From Halocafeteria seosinensis (Eukaryota): a stretch of 64,000 nucleotides of DNA. Each line of letters opens with the position of its first letter. Positions within the stretch are counted from its first letter, which is position 1. The translations under genes were made by a program, and so were the position numbers. The notes under the pieces were generated by a model. The model was not told the origin of the DNA. It saw only the letters and a list, made by a program, of their open reading frames with translations, and ran no database searches. Location of the stretch: positions 62,001 through 126,000 of the forward strand of contig LVLI01000194.1 of NCBI GenBank assembly GCA_001687465.1. The letters are read 5' to 3'. Below are positions 1-12,408 of the stretch, one piece after another.

Positions 1-1543
1 ATGGAAAACAACCTGAGGTATATGGACCAGGATAAACGACGCTTGCAACACGATGTGGACAAGCAAAAGAACCTGGTGAATGAAAACAAAGAGAAAATTA
101 AACTCAACAAACAGCTCCCCTACCTGGTAGGACATCTTGTGGAGGTGAGTTTGCGGTTTCTTGTGTCTCTCGCTTCCCCAGGTGGAAGAAACTACTCTTG
201 GGTGTGTGGGGTGCAGCTCTTGGATTTGGGACAAGAGGAAGATGACGAAGATGGAGCCATCATGGATGAAGAGGATCAACGCAAAAACAAGACCGCGGTC
301 GTCAAGACATCAACTCGTCAGGTAAGCCTATTCTTGATGAGGTGACCCTCGTAAAAGATGGGTAATCACCTTTGTTCGTGCAGACTGTCTATCTTCCCAT
401 CATTGGGCTCGTGGATTCTAGCGAGTTACACCCAGGTGACTTAATTGGCGTTAATAAGGACAGTTACCTTGTACTAGAAAAGTTACCTACTGAGTATGAC
501 TCCCGGGTTAAAGCAATGGAATTGGACGAAAAGCCCAAGGAAACTTACAGTGACATTGGAGGCTGTGACAAGCAAATCGAGGAACTGGTAGAGGCCGTAG
601 TTTTACCCATGACACATGCAGAAAAGTTTCAAAAGCTTGGAGTTCAAGCACCCAAAGGTATGCAGAAAGAGATTCGCTCTTCCTTAGGTTTCAGATTCAA
701 GGCGTTTTTCTCCCCTTGCAGGTGTTCTGCTGCATGGTCCCCCAGGAACAGGTAAAACACTGTTGGCTCGTGCATGCGCTAACCAGACGGATGCAATATT
801 TCTGAAGTTAGCTGGACCTTCACTCGTCCAAATGTTTATAGGCGATGGAGCTAAGATGATTAGAGATGCCTTTGATCTTGCCAAGGAAAAAATAAAGGAA
901 ACCGGGAAGTCAGGAGCCATTATCTTTATCGACGAGGTTGATGCTATCGGGACAAAGCGTTTTAACAGTGATCAGACGGGCGATCGCGAAGTCCAACGAA
1001 CCATGCTGGAGCTTTTGAATCAGCTGGACGGTTTTGCAAGCAATGAAAAGATTAAAGTGATTGCGGCCACCAACCGTGTTGATACGCTGGACCCCGCTTT
1101 ACTGCGCTCGGTATGTATTTATATATTGCATTTTTCACCCGTTTTATGGAGAATTTACGTGTTTCGTGTTCATAGTCCGCAGGGTAGACTTGACCGAAAG
1201 GTGGAATTGCCACACCCTCCTGAGGACGCCCGAGCTCGAATTCTACAAATTCACTCCCGCAAAATGAACTACAAGAAGGATGGTATGTACTTCAGATTAT
1301 TGTTTTTTCCCGTAGTATGTATGTCGGTATTACTTTGAAGTCGAAAAAAATGCAGAGGTCAACTTTGAAGAACTCGCGAGGTCCACGGAAGACTTTAATG
1401 GTGCCCAGTTAAAAGCTGTGTGTGTGGAAGCAGGCATGCTGGCTTTACGAAGAGAAGCTACTGAGATTGGACATCAAGATTACGTCGACGGGATAAGCGA
1501 AGTTCAAATGAAGAAACGTCAAGAGCTCCAGTATTATGCGTAG
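1..1543 (+). CDS. RPT5: 26S proteasome AAA-ATPase regulatory subunit RPT5 (PSMC3/TBP-1); 5' end possibly outside the window
   Basis: [33 protein letters not shown], Walker [20 protein letters not shown], Walker [17 protein letters not shown]...GRLDRK, C-terminus QYYA*. GT-AG introns at 145-216, 322-383, 658-721, 1111-1182 and 1283-1355 keep the frame. Confidence 0.96.
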
Positions 1544-1643
1544 TTATTGCTTCGCAGCTTCAAAAAAAATATATCTATATACCGCACAGTACAGTACACA
1601 TAAGCTTAAGCTTTGGATATATGTATTTCGCGATCTATCACTG

Positions 1644-4600
1644 TTAGCCTTGTAAAGCGGAGCCTGAAAATCCAACTTCCTGCTCCGAATATGCTTTGGA
1701 CTCCGCCAACTTGTCTGCTAGTTGGTCTTCTCGAACGCGTTGATCATTAGGGCGCCAAAACAGATGTCCGCCATTCGGAACCCCACATCCTTTCACTGTC
1801 TCAAAGTCTAGAAGCTCATTGCCTTGATAGAACAAACTTCCTAGCGTTTCCGTGCCGAACATCTGCATGATTTTCATTTTCAGAAGCTGGATAGTATCCT
1901 CGTTTTGGATCGGTACGGCCTCGCTTTGGTCCTGTTTGCGCAAACGCTTTCGTCCACTTCCGTTTCTTGCTCGATCGCTCCGCGCTTCAGACGGGACATT
2001 GCTCATCGCTGACCGCAGAAAATGCACGTGAATGGTACCGCTATCAAACTCGTACAAATTTTCTGATTCACGCCTAATATCTTCATCCAATTTGTATGGA
2101 TTCAATGGAGGATCAAAGACTATTGAATAGTTAGCGTTGCTTTCGTGAGCCTCAGTATTGGAGCTGAGTCGTCGATCTATCACTTCCGGCTCAACTCGAT
2201 CACTGGGAAGAAAATGCATTATCGGCGCCGGCAATTTTTCCACAGTTTCAGAGTATTCGGTAGAGTGCATAGAGCAGTTCCGTATTCTTCCCAAGGCAGG
2301 CTCCGTTTCTTCCGAAAAATACGGAAAATTATACAAACGACACAATTCCAAGAACTCATCCACTGGCACCAGCTCCACGTTGGACACCTTTCCTTCCTCC
2401 TCCTCTCGTAGCAGTGTGTTTTCAGCGCCATCGGCAGGTATGTACTTAGCCAATTCTGTTTTATCCGAGACATTAGTGGAATATGCCCGTAGAATGGAAG
2501 CTGGGTCTAACCTAACGCAGTCGCTTAGAAACCTCATTAAATGGGAAGGAATAGATATAGTCTGAAGACGGGAATCGCACGCGACATTGTTTCGGAAGGA
2601 TTCCTGGAACTCTTCGGAAGGCACGAGGCCATTCCATAAGTTCACCGCTTCTGGCCGATTGCTATACGTTCCAGAGACATACCCGCGCCACTCTTGAAGC
2701 CACGAACGGCTAACTAGGAAGTAAGACCCGGTAGATATAGGAAGCAAAAGCCCATGGTTTTCGGTTGTGGGAGGATGACCCTTCTTCCGCTTCCACAACC
2801 TCTGCAGAAGAGCGGGTCTGATTTCCTCATCCCTCATTTCTCTGTCGGCCTCTTGCTCCTCCCGGATAAAGTCTCTTTGCTCCCTGCATGTCGTACAGGT
2901 GAGCGATTCTCCTGGAACGACCCTAAAACAAATAGAGTTGAAGAGTTCTGTGATAGCTCGCCACGTCCTACCACTCACTAAGCGCCAAGCCTTTTTGCCT
3001 GGTCGAATCAGCTTATGAGTGCACTGGATATCTTCATTCACAGGCCGCAGAGTAGACATGCTTAAATTGGTACATTGGGCAAGTCTTTCAAGCAACGTCT
3101 CCATAACGTGGGATTCCAAGGGAGCATTCCTCCGCTGGACCAACTGCCGAACGTCGCGTACCAAGAAGTCCAGCAACTTGTCTTCGTCCGACTGATGAAG
3201 TAGCGTCTTGGATAACTGCAAGATCGTGCGATATGAAGCGGAGGACAGCGTCCACACATCAAAGCGCGAGTCACGGACTATACCTCCTTCACTATGTCCT
3301 TTTTCTAACAAACCGGCTGCTTCCCTCTGAGCATCATCATATTCTACTGTGCCCGGCTCGGGGGGAGAGCGGCATGAGTCTTCTTCCAGCATTTGTGCAA
3401 GTTCCCTACATTTCCGAGTAACGTCGAATATTCGTTGAGTGGCACTCTTCCATTGGTGGTATATGCGAGAATTAAAACATGATTCCTGAGACACAAGTAC
3501 CTCTGGTACATGGGTACATTGCGTGACGGTTGCGGAGCGGACGAGGTCCTGTTCTGTTTGGGCCTGACGAACCGTCGAGAGGAATGCCTCTAGCGAACGG
3601 CTTCGATGCCTGGAGGAATCTTGAAGCACTTGACTTTCGGCCTGTTCCTTCAGAGATTTGGTGCCTTCCTCACCTAAGATTGCGGAGACATTGGGACTGA
3701 ACAGGTAATCATATGATTGCGTATGCAAGCGCTTCAATATGACGATGGAGTCAGGAGATATAGCCCAAGTGGATGAATGCTGCATTGGTTGGCAGTAGCC
3801 CTCCAAACAGGTACGAGGATCCAGACGTCCGGAAAAAAGCGATACGTTGTCTAAAGCGTTGTCTATGTGAGCGAGATCTGGGTCGACGTTTAGATTTACT
3901 GCTTCGTCGTCCTGGTCTCCGTCTTCCGGCTTTGTATCCGTATTGCGAGTCTCTGAAGCATGAGCAGCATCGGCTGAATTGTTATTCTTTTCTTTTTCCT
4001 CATCTTTCTCAATATCCAGCTCGATTAACTCTTGCGAGGAACTACCTTTATTTCCGTTGTGTTGCCATGCATTCTTACCTGAAGATTGTCGATCCAGCAT
4101 ACCAACTACCCAGTTTCTGAGCCATTCCACAGGAATCCATCGCCAACACTGGCTTTTACTCGAAGCAGAAAGTAAATGAGGATCAACACCGTTGGTCGGT
4201 ACTGGAGTTCCCTCAATAAATAGTTTCCGGTACATTTCCCGTCTCAGAAACACGTCGTACCAGAAGCGGATTCGCCGTTCTAAAGACGCTTGCAATGCAC
4301 CATGAAAACGGGAAACTGCTCTTTTAATTCCCGACCTCAAAGTACGCCTTGGACTGATCCGCTCAGGAAGCAAGGCGTCGAATTGTTGCGTATCCTCAAT
4401 TCTGCTGTATACTAACATGTAAGCGGTCTTCTTCTTGTTACTACTTTTGCTTTGCTCCGGATAGGGTCGAGGACGCTGTAGAAGCGAAACTTTATCACTT
4501 TCCATTTGTTTGATCTCATCCACCAGTGTCCCGACCTCGAATTCGTCTTTCGAGTGAATTCCAGGAAGGACGCAACGCCGACTCGTTCCGGAAGGCACAT

Positions 4601-6183
4601 CTTTTTCACGCTCTAAAGCATTTACTGTCTCATCATCGATCTCCCACCACCGCTGTCTAGAGCTATCCCACACGTCTACCGTGTAGTGACCTGAGTAAGG
4701 GCTATCCCCATGATGATGTACTACTGCTGTGAGGGCATAGGAAGCAGTTCCAGAAGTAGTAGGAAGCGATAATTCAGCGGAAAAATCGACTTGATGCTGC
4801 AAACAAATCGTTCCATACTAAATGAGTCCTTTTTGGGAGACATTCTCCCCTGAATACGTACTCGCAGTTTTTTTTTGGTCAGCGTTTGTAAATCGTAAAC
4901 GAAGCGCAGTAATTGAAGGTTTAGAACGGGTGGTGCACGATTAACCTTCTGCTGACGCACGGCTTCACACTTTTTGTTGCATTGCGGGCACATATATCTG
5001 CATTAAAAACTCTATTGTCACATACGCAAATGGGGAACAGCGGCGGATTCAAGTATGGCACGTACGCGTTGTCATCCGTGAGGTATTCGGGGTTAAACAA
5101 AGAATTGAGGCTGTCCTGTAAGCTTTCTTTGTTGTGCAGTGGTACGCTCTGCACGATTTCAGCATGGTAGAGGGGGCTCGTGGCAGTATCTTCACTTCTT
5201 ATGAATACCTCAAAAGATGTTAGTACAACTCACGAGCTCGAGAAATGTTTCGTCTCTCTGAGATGCAAAGTGGCATTCACAACATTTGGTTTCCCACAAA
5301 GTCGCTCCTTCAAAGACATTCTCTACTATCTGCTGAACGTTCTTCCGGCTAGAAGTTTTGAACGTTTTCGACAAGTGCGCAAGCAAAAGCTTGTTGAACT
5401 CTTGAACATCCTGTTGCACACTCAAGGACAAGGATAAACTACGCATCAAAGGTTCTGTTCTAAAGTATGCACCACAATGAAGCTGCATTCTCGCAAAGAG
5501 CTCCTGCAAGTACCGCATCTGTTTTCCTAAGCTTGCGTTGGTTGTCTGCTGTCCAAAACTTCCACCATCAGGTGTATCCGGTGGTTCTTGAGTACTGGCC
5601 GAATCCTGTCCATCGGCGGCTCTCACGGAGTCCTGACTACTGCAGGCAACACTATCACTCGAAGCGGCGGCTGATGAGTTCCTTTCCACAACATCTGTAC
5701 TTCTTTCATCGCCATCGTCGTACTGAAATACCGCCGAACGGAGTACTGGCATGAAGAACCAGCACTGTAACAAGCTACTGACATAGCATGTAGCACCGTG
5801 GTTAAGAAGTCCAGCCGGTTCCTTCCATTCATTCCGTATGAGTTCCACGGGACTTCCTCCGAGCAACTTCTGCAACTGACGGTTGCTCTTCCAAATCCCT
5901 TGTTTGAACTCTCCTAAGCCGTATACGTTATTTGGATTCTTCGAGTCGTTTTGGCGCTTGTCTCCCCATTCTGCACCATGCGAATTCAAATGTCACAAAC
6001 CTCGACCTATGCGGAAGTACTTTTCATACACTTTTGGCATTTATTCGCACCTTTTTGAGAAACAACAGGCTTGGTTAAGCGGTATGGGTCCGCGAAATAA
6101 GCCTCCTTGCGGCGCTCAATCTCCTTGAGATCGTCTTCGAGCTGACGTTTTGGAGACTTTCGGGACTTTCTCCTGGTCGACAT
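1644..6183 (-). CDS. USP48: Ubiquitin-specific protease, USP48/UBP26-like (USP domain, DUSP-like segments, C-terminal ubiquitin-like domain)
   Basis: Cys box GLLNHGATCY, QQDVQEF, Zn-ribbon CPQCNKKC, His box HHHGDSPYSGHY...WWEIDDETV, DUSP-like YFLVSRSWLQEWRGYV, Ubl-like C-terminus ending GFSGSALQG. Four short introns in 4800-6050; start MSTRRKS at 6183. Confidence 0.85.
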
Positions 6184-6534
6184 TCCACCCCCAGAGAGCG
6201 ACATTAATGAACAACTAGATGCACTCATCACGCACAGCTTCAAGAGTTACATCCGGGATACTATAATGGTAGAAATCTACTTGAACGAGAAATGTGACTT
6301 GACTTCTTAACCCAGCTATTCTGAACTTGGAAGTCTCTGAAACATTTGTTTGCTGTGTGTATCGCCAAGAAGTTTGCCCGGCCACTTTTGGAATTGAAGG
6401 GAATTCGAGGAAAGAGACACAAACGGTAAATAATTTTTATTAAAAGTTCGACACTGGCGTCTCTATTTGTGGCAACACTCTTTCTAAGCAGGATTCATCG
6501 ATATTGAATGGTGGAAGCCCAATCGAAAACATCC

Positions 6535-8760
6535 CTACCCCTTACGAATCAACTTATGGATTTTCCGAACGTACGCCTGAATGTCAAATTTTCGCTTGCA
6601 GCCCTGGTAATTCATATAACGAACTTTCCCAAAAATTGCGCGTTCAGTCCACCCTTGATCGTGAATACCTGCGCACACGAGTACGCTTGCATAGTTGCAC
6701 ATCTACACCTTCCTGTCTTAGCCCTGTCTTAGCATATCTTACCTGCAATTGCCCAGTTGACCCCGACGTATCTGTATACATAGTGAACACAAAACGTTGA
6801 AAAGGCCAACAAGTAGTCGAGAAGCCTGATACATACCCGTTCGGGTCTCTCCCGTCAATTTCGTATTTGTCATTCAAATAGACTGCGTATCGGTGAGCAG
6901 TTTCGGGAGACTCTGCGAGTATCGCGTCGAGAGTTATGCAGCGAACGGAATTGGACCATTGAAGTCATCTTACCCGTCCATTCTAGGATCTTCTTTGCCC
7001 AGTACATTCGGAGAAAACCATGCATTTTCCCAAGGTACACCATTTCTTTTTGGGCCGCATTCCACAGGTCATCGTGTGTATCACCTGGACGGGGGACAAT
7101 TGAAGACTAACATGGCAACGCTACAACAATTCAGCACTTACCTGATTCTAATTTTTCAAGTGAGTATACGTAGGGTCGCTCATCACTACTGTGTTTCTTC
7201 AGAGTCTCTAAGGCCCAGCTAGTGCCTTTCGCATGGGGATACAACTTCCACAAACTATCATACTGTTGATTGTAGAAGCAGTAGTTGTCCGACAGCTCCC
7301 TTCGCACAATGGCTTCTTCAAGAAACGCATCCGCTGCCTTTCGGACGCTTGAATTTTTCTTCGCATACCGATCAACGTCATAACATGCTCTTTGGGGAGA
7401 TAGTTGGCCAAAGTGAAAGTAAGGAGAAAGCTGCAAGTCATCACATAATCTCTATTCAGCATAACACGTTCATCACATCATATGACAAACCTTTGACAAG
7501 TTATCTTTCGTGGGATCGTTGCGAACTGTATCATATCCCTTCAGATTTGAACAAAATTTAGTCAACATTTCATGTCCCGCTTTTTCCCCTGAGTGTATCC
7601 ACTTTAGTGGTTTCACGTTACGATCGATATCCAACTTGCTCAGAACGCTGTCCCAGTCAATTGTAGTAACATCGTGCAAAACGAGCTTTCCATCTTCTTC
7701 CACAGCGTATTTGGGAATGGAACGATCACAAGGATACCCGTGCTTTAAAAGTTCCGGGAAGTCAGTCAGGAATCTGCGCGGGCGGCGAATTTGCGTTGCA
7801 TCCCAAGAAGAATCCAAGCGGAGGAATACGTAAGTCCGACTTACTGAGGCAGTTGGCTGTGGAGTTTGCGGCGAATGGTTCGCGCGGCGTATTCGACCTT
7901 GTCTGAGGCATACCAGCAAGGCACTATATTATGTGCGTCAACCTGTGAAAAGTAAGGTGCTTAGATGCTCGGAACTTCTAGATATAAGTGTTGACTTACC
8001 TCGTGGAAGGGGACTCCAGCCTTCGCTAGTTCGCTCGCAATTCCGCTTCTCCATTGCACTCCAATTCTTAAGGGCGAAAAATCACAAACCTGCAAATATT
8101 TTGTCGGCCCAGTATTTTATGAATTCCAAATCGTCTGCGATTCCAAGGTGCGACATACCACAAGACAGGCATTGACTTTATTGGCTAACAACGGAAGGCT
8201 TTTCTCCACTTCTCCTCGTGTTAAAACGAAGCGAATGTTCTTTTCTTCGAGATTTTGGTCCACTGCAAGGATTCCATACTAGAATATAACTACGTAGATC
8301 CTCTAATTGCCGTAAGTAGTCACCCGTGACAATGATTCCTACCTTCCTTAAGTCCTTGAATCATGAAGTCAAACTGCCGCAGGGTTGCTCCCAGGAAGCC
8401 ATTCACCACGTTGAATGCTACCACTGCAAATTTGGGGCCGTTTGTTGGGAGCTATACTTGTTGTTGAAGATTCCAACTTGAGCACGTACCTAGCGGTCGC
8501 TGGTGTTCAGTGGCACGAGCCTGGGCGTACAAGAGTGCCCAATTATCTGCACTGCGTTGATCGCGGCTCATCCAGTAGATTACAGGTCCATCTCTCTTGC
8601 TCGACGTCGAGGAGCTACCACTAGCCACGTCATGGATACCATTCATCACCCGGACTCTGGAAATGTCAATCTCGTAGCTGTCCGGGAGTTCGGGAGGGTG
8701 CTGGATTCTCGGAGGCGCTGGTTCGTCCTCCGAGGAGGACTCACGTCGGCGTTTCGGCAT
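6535..8760 (-). CDS. PHR: Class II CPD DNA photolyase
   Basis: [99 protein letters not shown]. About 11 exons, including a 29-nt exon at 6743-6771. Confidence 0.96.
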
Positions 8761-8854
8761 TTTGTTATCTTTGATGAAGTGCTCCGCTTTCAGTCACGGT
8801 TATTTATGACTAACAAAAGTTGCTGTTATTGACACTGTGGTATCCTCCGGGCTG

Positions 8855-8890
8855 TGACGTGGGACTGCTGACGTCAGTTCAAATGACTCA
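8855..8890. promoter_or_regulatory. Cluster of bZIP-type sites upstream of the photolyase
   Basis: TGACGTG at 8855-8861, palindromic CTGACGTCAG at 8868-8877 and TGACTCA at 8884-8890, about 95-130 bp upstream of the photolyase ATG. Confidence 0.4.
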
Positions 8891-9703
8891 AGAGTCAAGC
8901 GTTGCGGAATCCAGACTCTCTGGAATCCAGAGTCTCCAGAGAGTTAGGTCCGGAAAGCCCCGATGCTCAAAGAGGGTTACCCGAAAGCGTCAAAAGGGAA
9001 AAGAAAACAAAAAACGACAGAAAACCTGCATCCGTTTCTCTGATTCTCAAGGATGGCAACCGGACCGACTGTAGTCTTTTCTGGGACTGACCCAGCAACT
9101 TGGTTACACATCTTGGTCTTCCTTTTGTTTTACTCTGTGAATAGTGAGTCACACAGAACTCAATGTCTGTGCTAATCGCGAGAGAACGGCGCGCATACGC
9201 CATGTATTGTACAACCAGTGGACTATTTGTGTGTTGTCGACGGACAACTGGACATTACTGTATGCATTTCGTCCCGTACATGGAGCAGACTTATCAAGCA
9301 ATACAATACAAGAGACTGGAGGTATCTTTGGTATATGTCAACCAGAAGACAACCAGTTTGGAGCCTGCTGGGACATGTCACGTCAACTGAATACTGTTTT
9401 CTCATACCAACAAACAAGTAATTGATCATGGTTGATTACTGGCATATCCCTACAGAGAAGGTATCCTTCAAACGCAGGAAGGCTGCTGCTCGTACTCCCG
9501 CCGCTTGGGCGGCCGACCGTCAGCGAACGCTGAGAGTCTGAGACCCACGTGTATTCCCTGAAAAACTGAGCGACAAACTCTCCGTGAGGGTGCAACGGCG
9601 GCGAACACAGTCACCATCAGTACAATAACGCAATGCAGAAAGCGCATACGTGCGCTTACAGCGATTGTATGTTTCATTCTCGATACGCATAGATTTAACC
9701 TCT

Positions 9704-10287
9704 TTTACAACACGATACAGATGGGTCAATATCAATCCGGTGATTGGCCGGGGATTCAACCAGGTGAAGACATACGGTTGTACCATTTTGGTACCGATTC
9801 AAATCGACTTTCAGTTTGCCCAATCCCAACAAGTGATGGGTTAGAAATAATTTCCATCAATTCTCCCATATGACAACAAAAATGGAATTAGGATAGCTCA
9901 CTCGTGTTAATATACTTAGCGAAGACTTAAATTACCGTAGCTTATGGCAATGGCGATAAAATACGGAAATAGGATGCACATCCACCTTTTCCATGTATTG
10001 AAGTTACGTAAGGGTATGGCCTTTACATACTCCCGAGGCGGCTTTGAGTTAAGCTACTAACGGGTCAACAAATCTATTGTAGAACACATCGGCAGCGGAT
10101 TGGAGCGCATTAATGTTTGCCTTCTTTGCCGCTGCATCTATTCGGTTTACAAGTTCCTCCTCCTCTGCATTAATGACCATCAGTTTACAACACGATGCAG
10201 ATGGGTCAATATCAATCCGGTGATTGAACCAGGTGACCGATTCAAATTGACTTTCAGTTTGCCCAATCCCAACAAGTGATGGGTTAG
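9704..10287. repeat. Local direct repeat: copy 1 at 9704-9844 (141 bp), copy 2 at 10184-10287 (104 bp)
   Basis: The copies are identical except for two substitutions and two indels (11 bp and 26 bp) absent from copy 2. Confidence 0.92.
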
Positions 10288-10755
10288 GAACAGGGAAGTA
10301 TCGCAAAGACGGCTGCGTATTGTAAGGAGTATATCACCGAAAGCATACAGTAATGACACAGGTGTGAATGCCATTGTGCACATTTCTTGTTCTAATTGAG
10401 GTTGTTTGTTCGTGCGGGGCTGACTAACAAGCAGATTGGTGAGGCGCGTTGGCAGCAGGTATACGCGAACGTAGTTACCGTACTGAAGTGATGCTAGTCT
10501 GAAAGAAGAAGAGTGGAAATACGGGGAATCCTATAATAGTATTCAGATGCGTTTAATTAAGACTTCGCAGACCCTTCAAACTCTAAAGGAATCCATAAAG
10601 GAAAAATTTAAGTCACCCTTTGTGCCGCGCATACAGAAAGTGAAAAATTCCATAAAGTGAGGCCAATGCATCGAAACCCCGTACTGTTACCAACGGATAC
10701 CTAGCGACTAAAAATCGTTACCGCTATGACGAACGGGAAACATACCAAACGCTTA

Positions 10756-12066
10756 TCAGATGCTGGAAACGTTGGGAGACTGGATCCGACACTGCCAACT
10801 GCGAAGCCTTAGTCGGCGAAGCTCTTCACGGGGAATATGATGCCGATAGGATTTCAACCAGTCGTGATCTAGAATAAAGAGCTGTTGGTCGTTTTCGAAA
10901 GTACTCAGCCTATCCTCGGGACGCCCCTCTAACAGTCGCCGCAAGAAATCTTTCGCAAGATTCGACACGTGCGGCGTTCTCCACCAAGTATGCTCTACCA
11001 TTCGCTCCATTTGGTACGGGTCAGAAATGGCACTCGTTACACCATAGCGTCCAGCTAGCATCAAATATAATATTCTGCCAAGGGAGAAGACATCAGCAAA
11101 ACGCCCGTCATAGGGCCTGTCACGCAGTAGAGTCTCTGGGGCCGAATAACGCCACACTGCAATCAGGGAGTTGGCTGTCACATAGGTAAGACAAAGGAAA
11201 TTAATAGCATAGTCTTACCTGCCGTAATTCCAATTGGATTTCTGCGTAACACTGATATCGTCTGCTACACCAAAATCATTTATAATCACCCTTTGACACC
11301 CTTGAGATACAAGAATATTCTCTAGGGACAGATCGCGATGACAAACCCCGCGGGAGTGCAAATACATTACTCTTGTATTTTTGGTTGCCAGATGTGTGCT
11401 TGAAAACAGAAACGTATGCCAAAAAGAAACCGGACAACCTTACCATGTAGAATTTGACAAAATAAGGTCTTGGCGTGCCCTTCTGAGAAGTAGTCATGAT
11501 AGCGAACATGGCTGAGTAGTTCTCCATCAGAAGCATACTGCAGGATGCCGAAGTGATGTCTCCTGCCCTGCAGGGGGAGCCTGCCTTTGTTGCAGGTGAT
11601 CGTCCAAACCTAAGACGTCAATACACCCGACGATCTTCAGTTCTTTCTGAGGGTCTTCGACCGTATCGACGCGGTGCATATGCATGTTGTATCTCAAGTT
11701 TCCTCCACCCCTGCCTCTACTTAAACAATCCTGTCGAAGAAATGCAATGCGCTTAACACGTCATGTTTTGCCAAACTCTGATGTCGGCAATACTTACTTC
11801 GTGTATATTTTTAATTGCAACAAGTGCACCGGTTCTTTCGCACTGAGCCTTATCGATGCAACCCATTTGAGCAAGCTGTAGATGTACCAAGGCATGGTAC
11901 GCGTTTCCATTATCCTGGTTCTGAAGCTTGTATTGCCTCCCTGCAGGTGTCCCTCCCAGTCGCTGGACTGTTCCATGCTTTCCTGTTTCAGCAGCACCTC
12001 GCATTCAGTCGGCGTGGGCGTAGGGATATCTTGCAGATAACTAGGGTTCGTTTGTTCTCGTTCCAT
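10756..12066 (-). pseudogene. Ser/Thr protein kinase (CAMK-like, HRDLSLEN type) pseudogene; paralogue of the adjacent kinase
   Basis: [18 protein letters not shown] and DVFSLG are present with the same intron positions as the neighbour. Frameshifts occur near 11970, 11575 and 11152, and an acceptor reads AA instead of AG at 11373-11374. Confidence 0.82.
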
Positions 12067-12408
12067 CTTCGATAGTATCCGAAAATCGGTCGCTCCAAGA
12101 GCGTGACAAATTGCTGACAGTCTCGGCAAAATTCAGATAATCAACAACGGATTTTATGCGACGGTTGCGATCCTGTGAGCGCTTCCACGAGAGGACATCG
12201 AGTGTACAGCGTCCCTTGATTCCTACACAGGGGATTGAGATCATCCGTATCCATTGCACATGCGGAAGTGTGCCTACCTATCCGGGGACTGTCCAGACAG
12301 TGATGATCCAATGCGTGTATCCCCCCTACGTTATATGCCCGGATACAGAGAGTCGGAGTGACGAGACTAAGGCTGCGAGCACTGACGAAGTTCGATTGCA
12401 ACTGGTTT

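Noticed and set aside
8905..8945. Imperfect inverted/direct repeat GGAATCCAGACTCTCTGGAATCCAGAGTCT, with a similar short motif near 59690
   Set aside because: It is short, with no terminal repeats or target-site duplication, which is too little to call a MITE.
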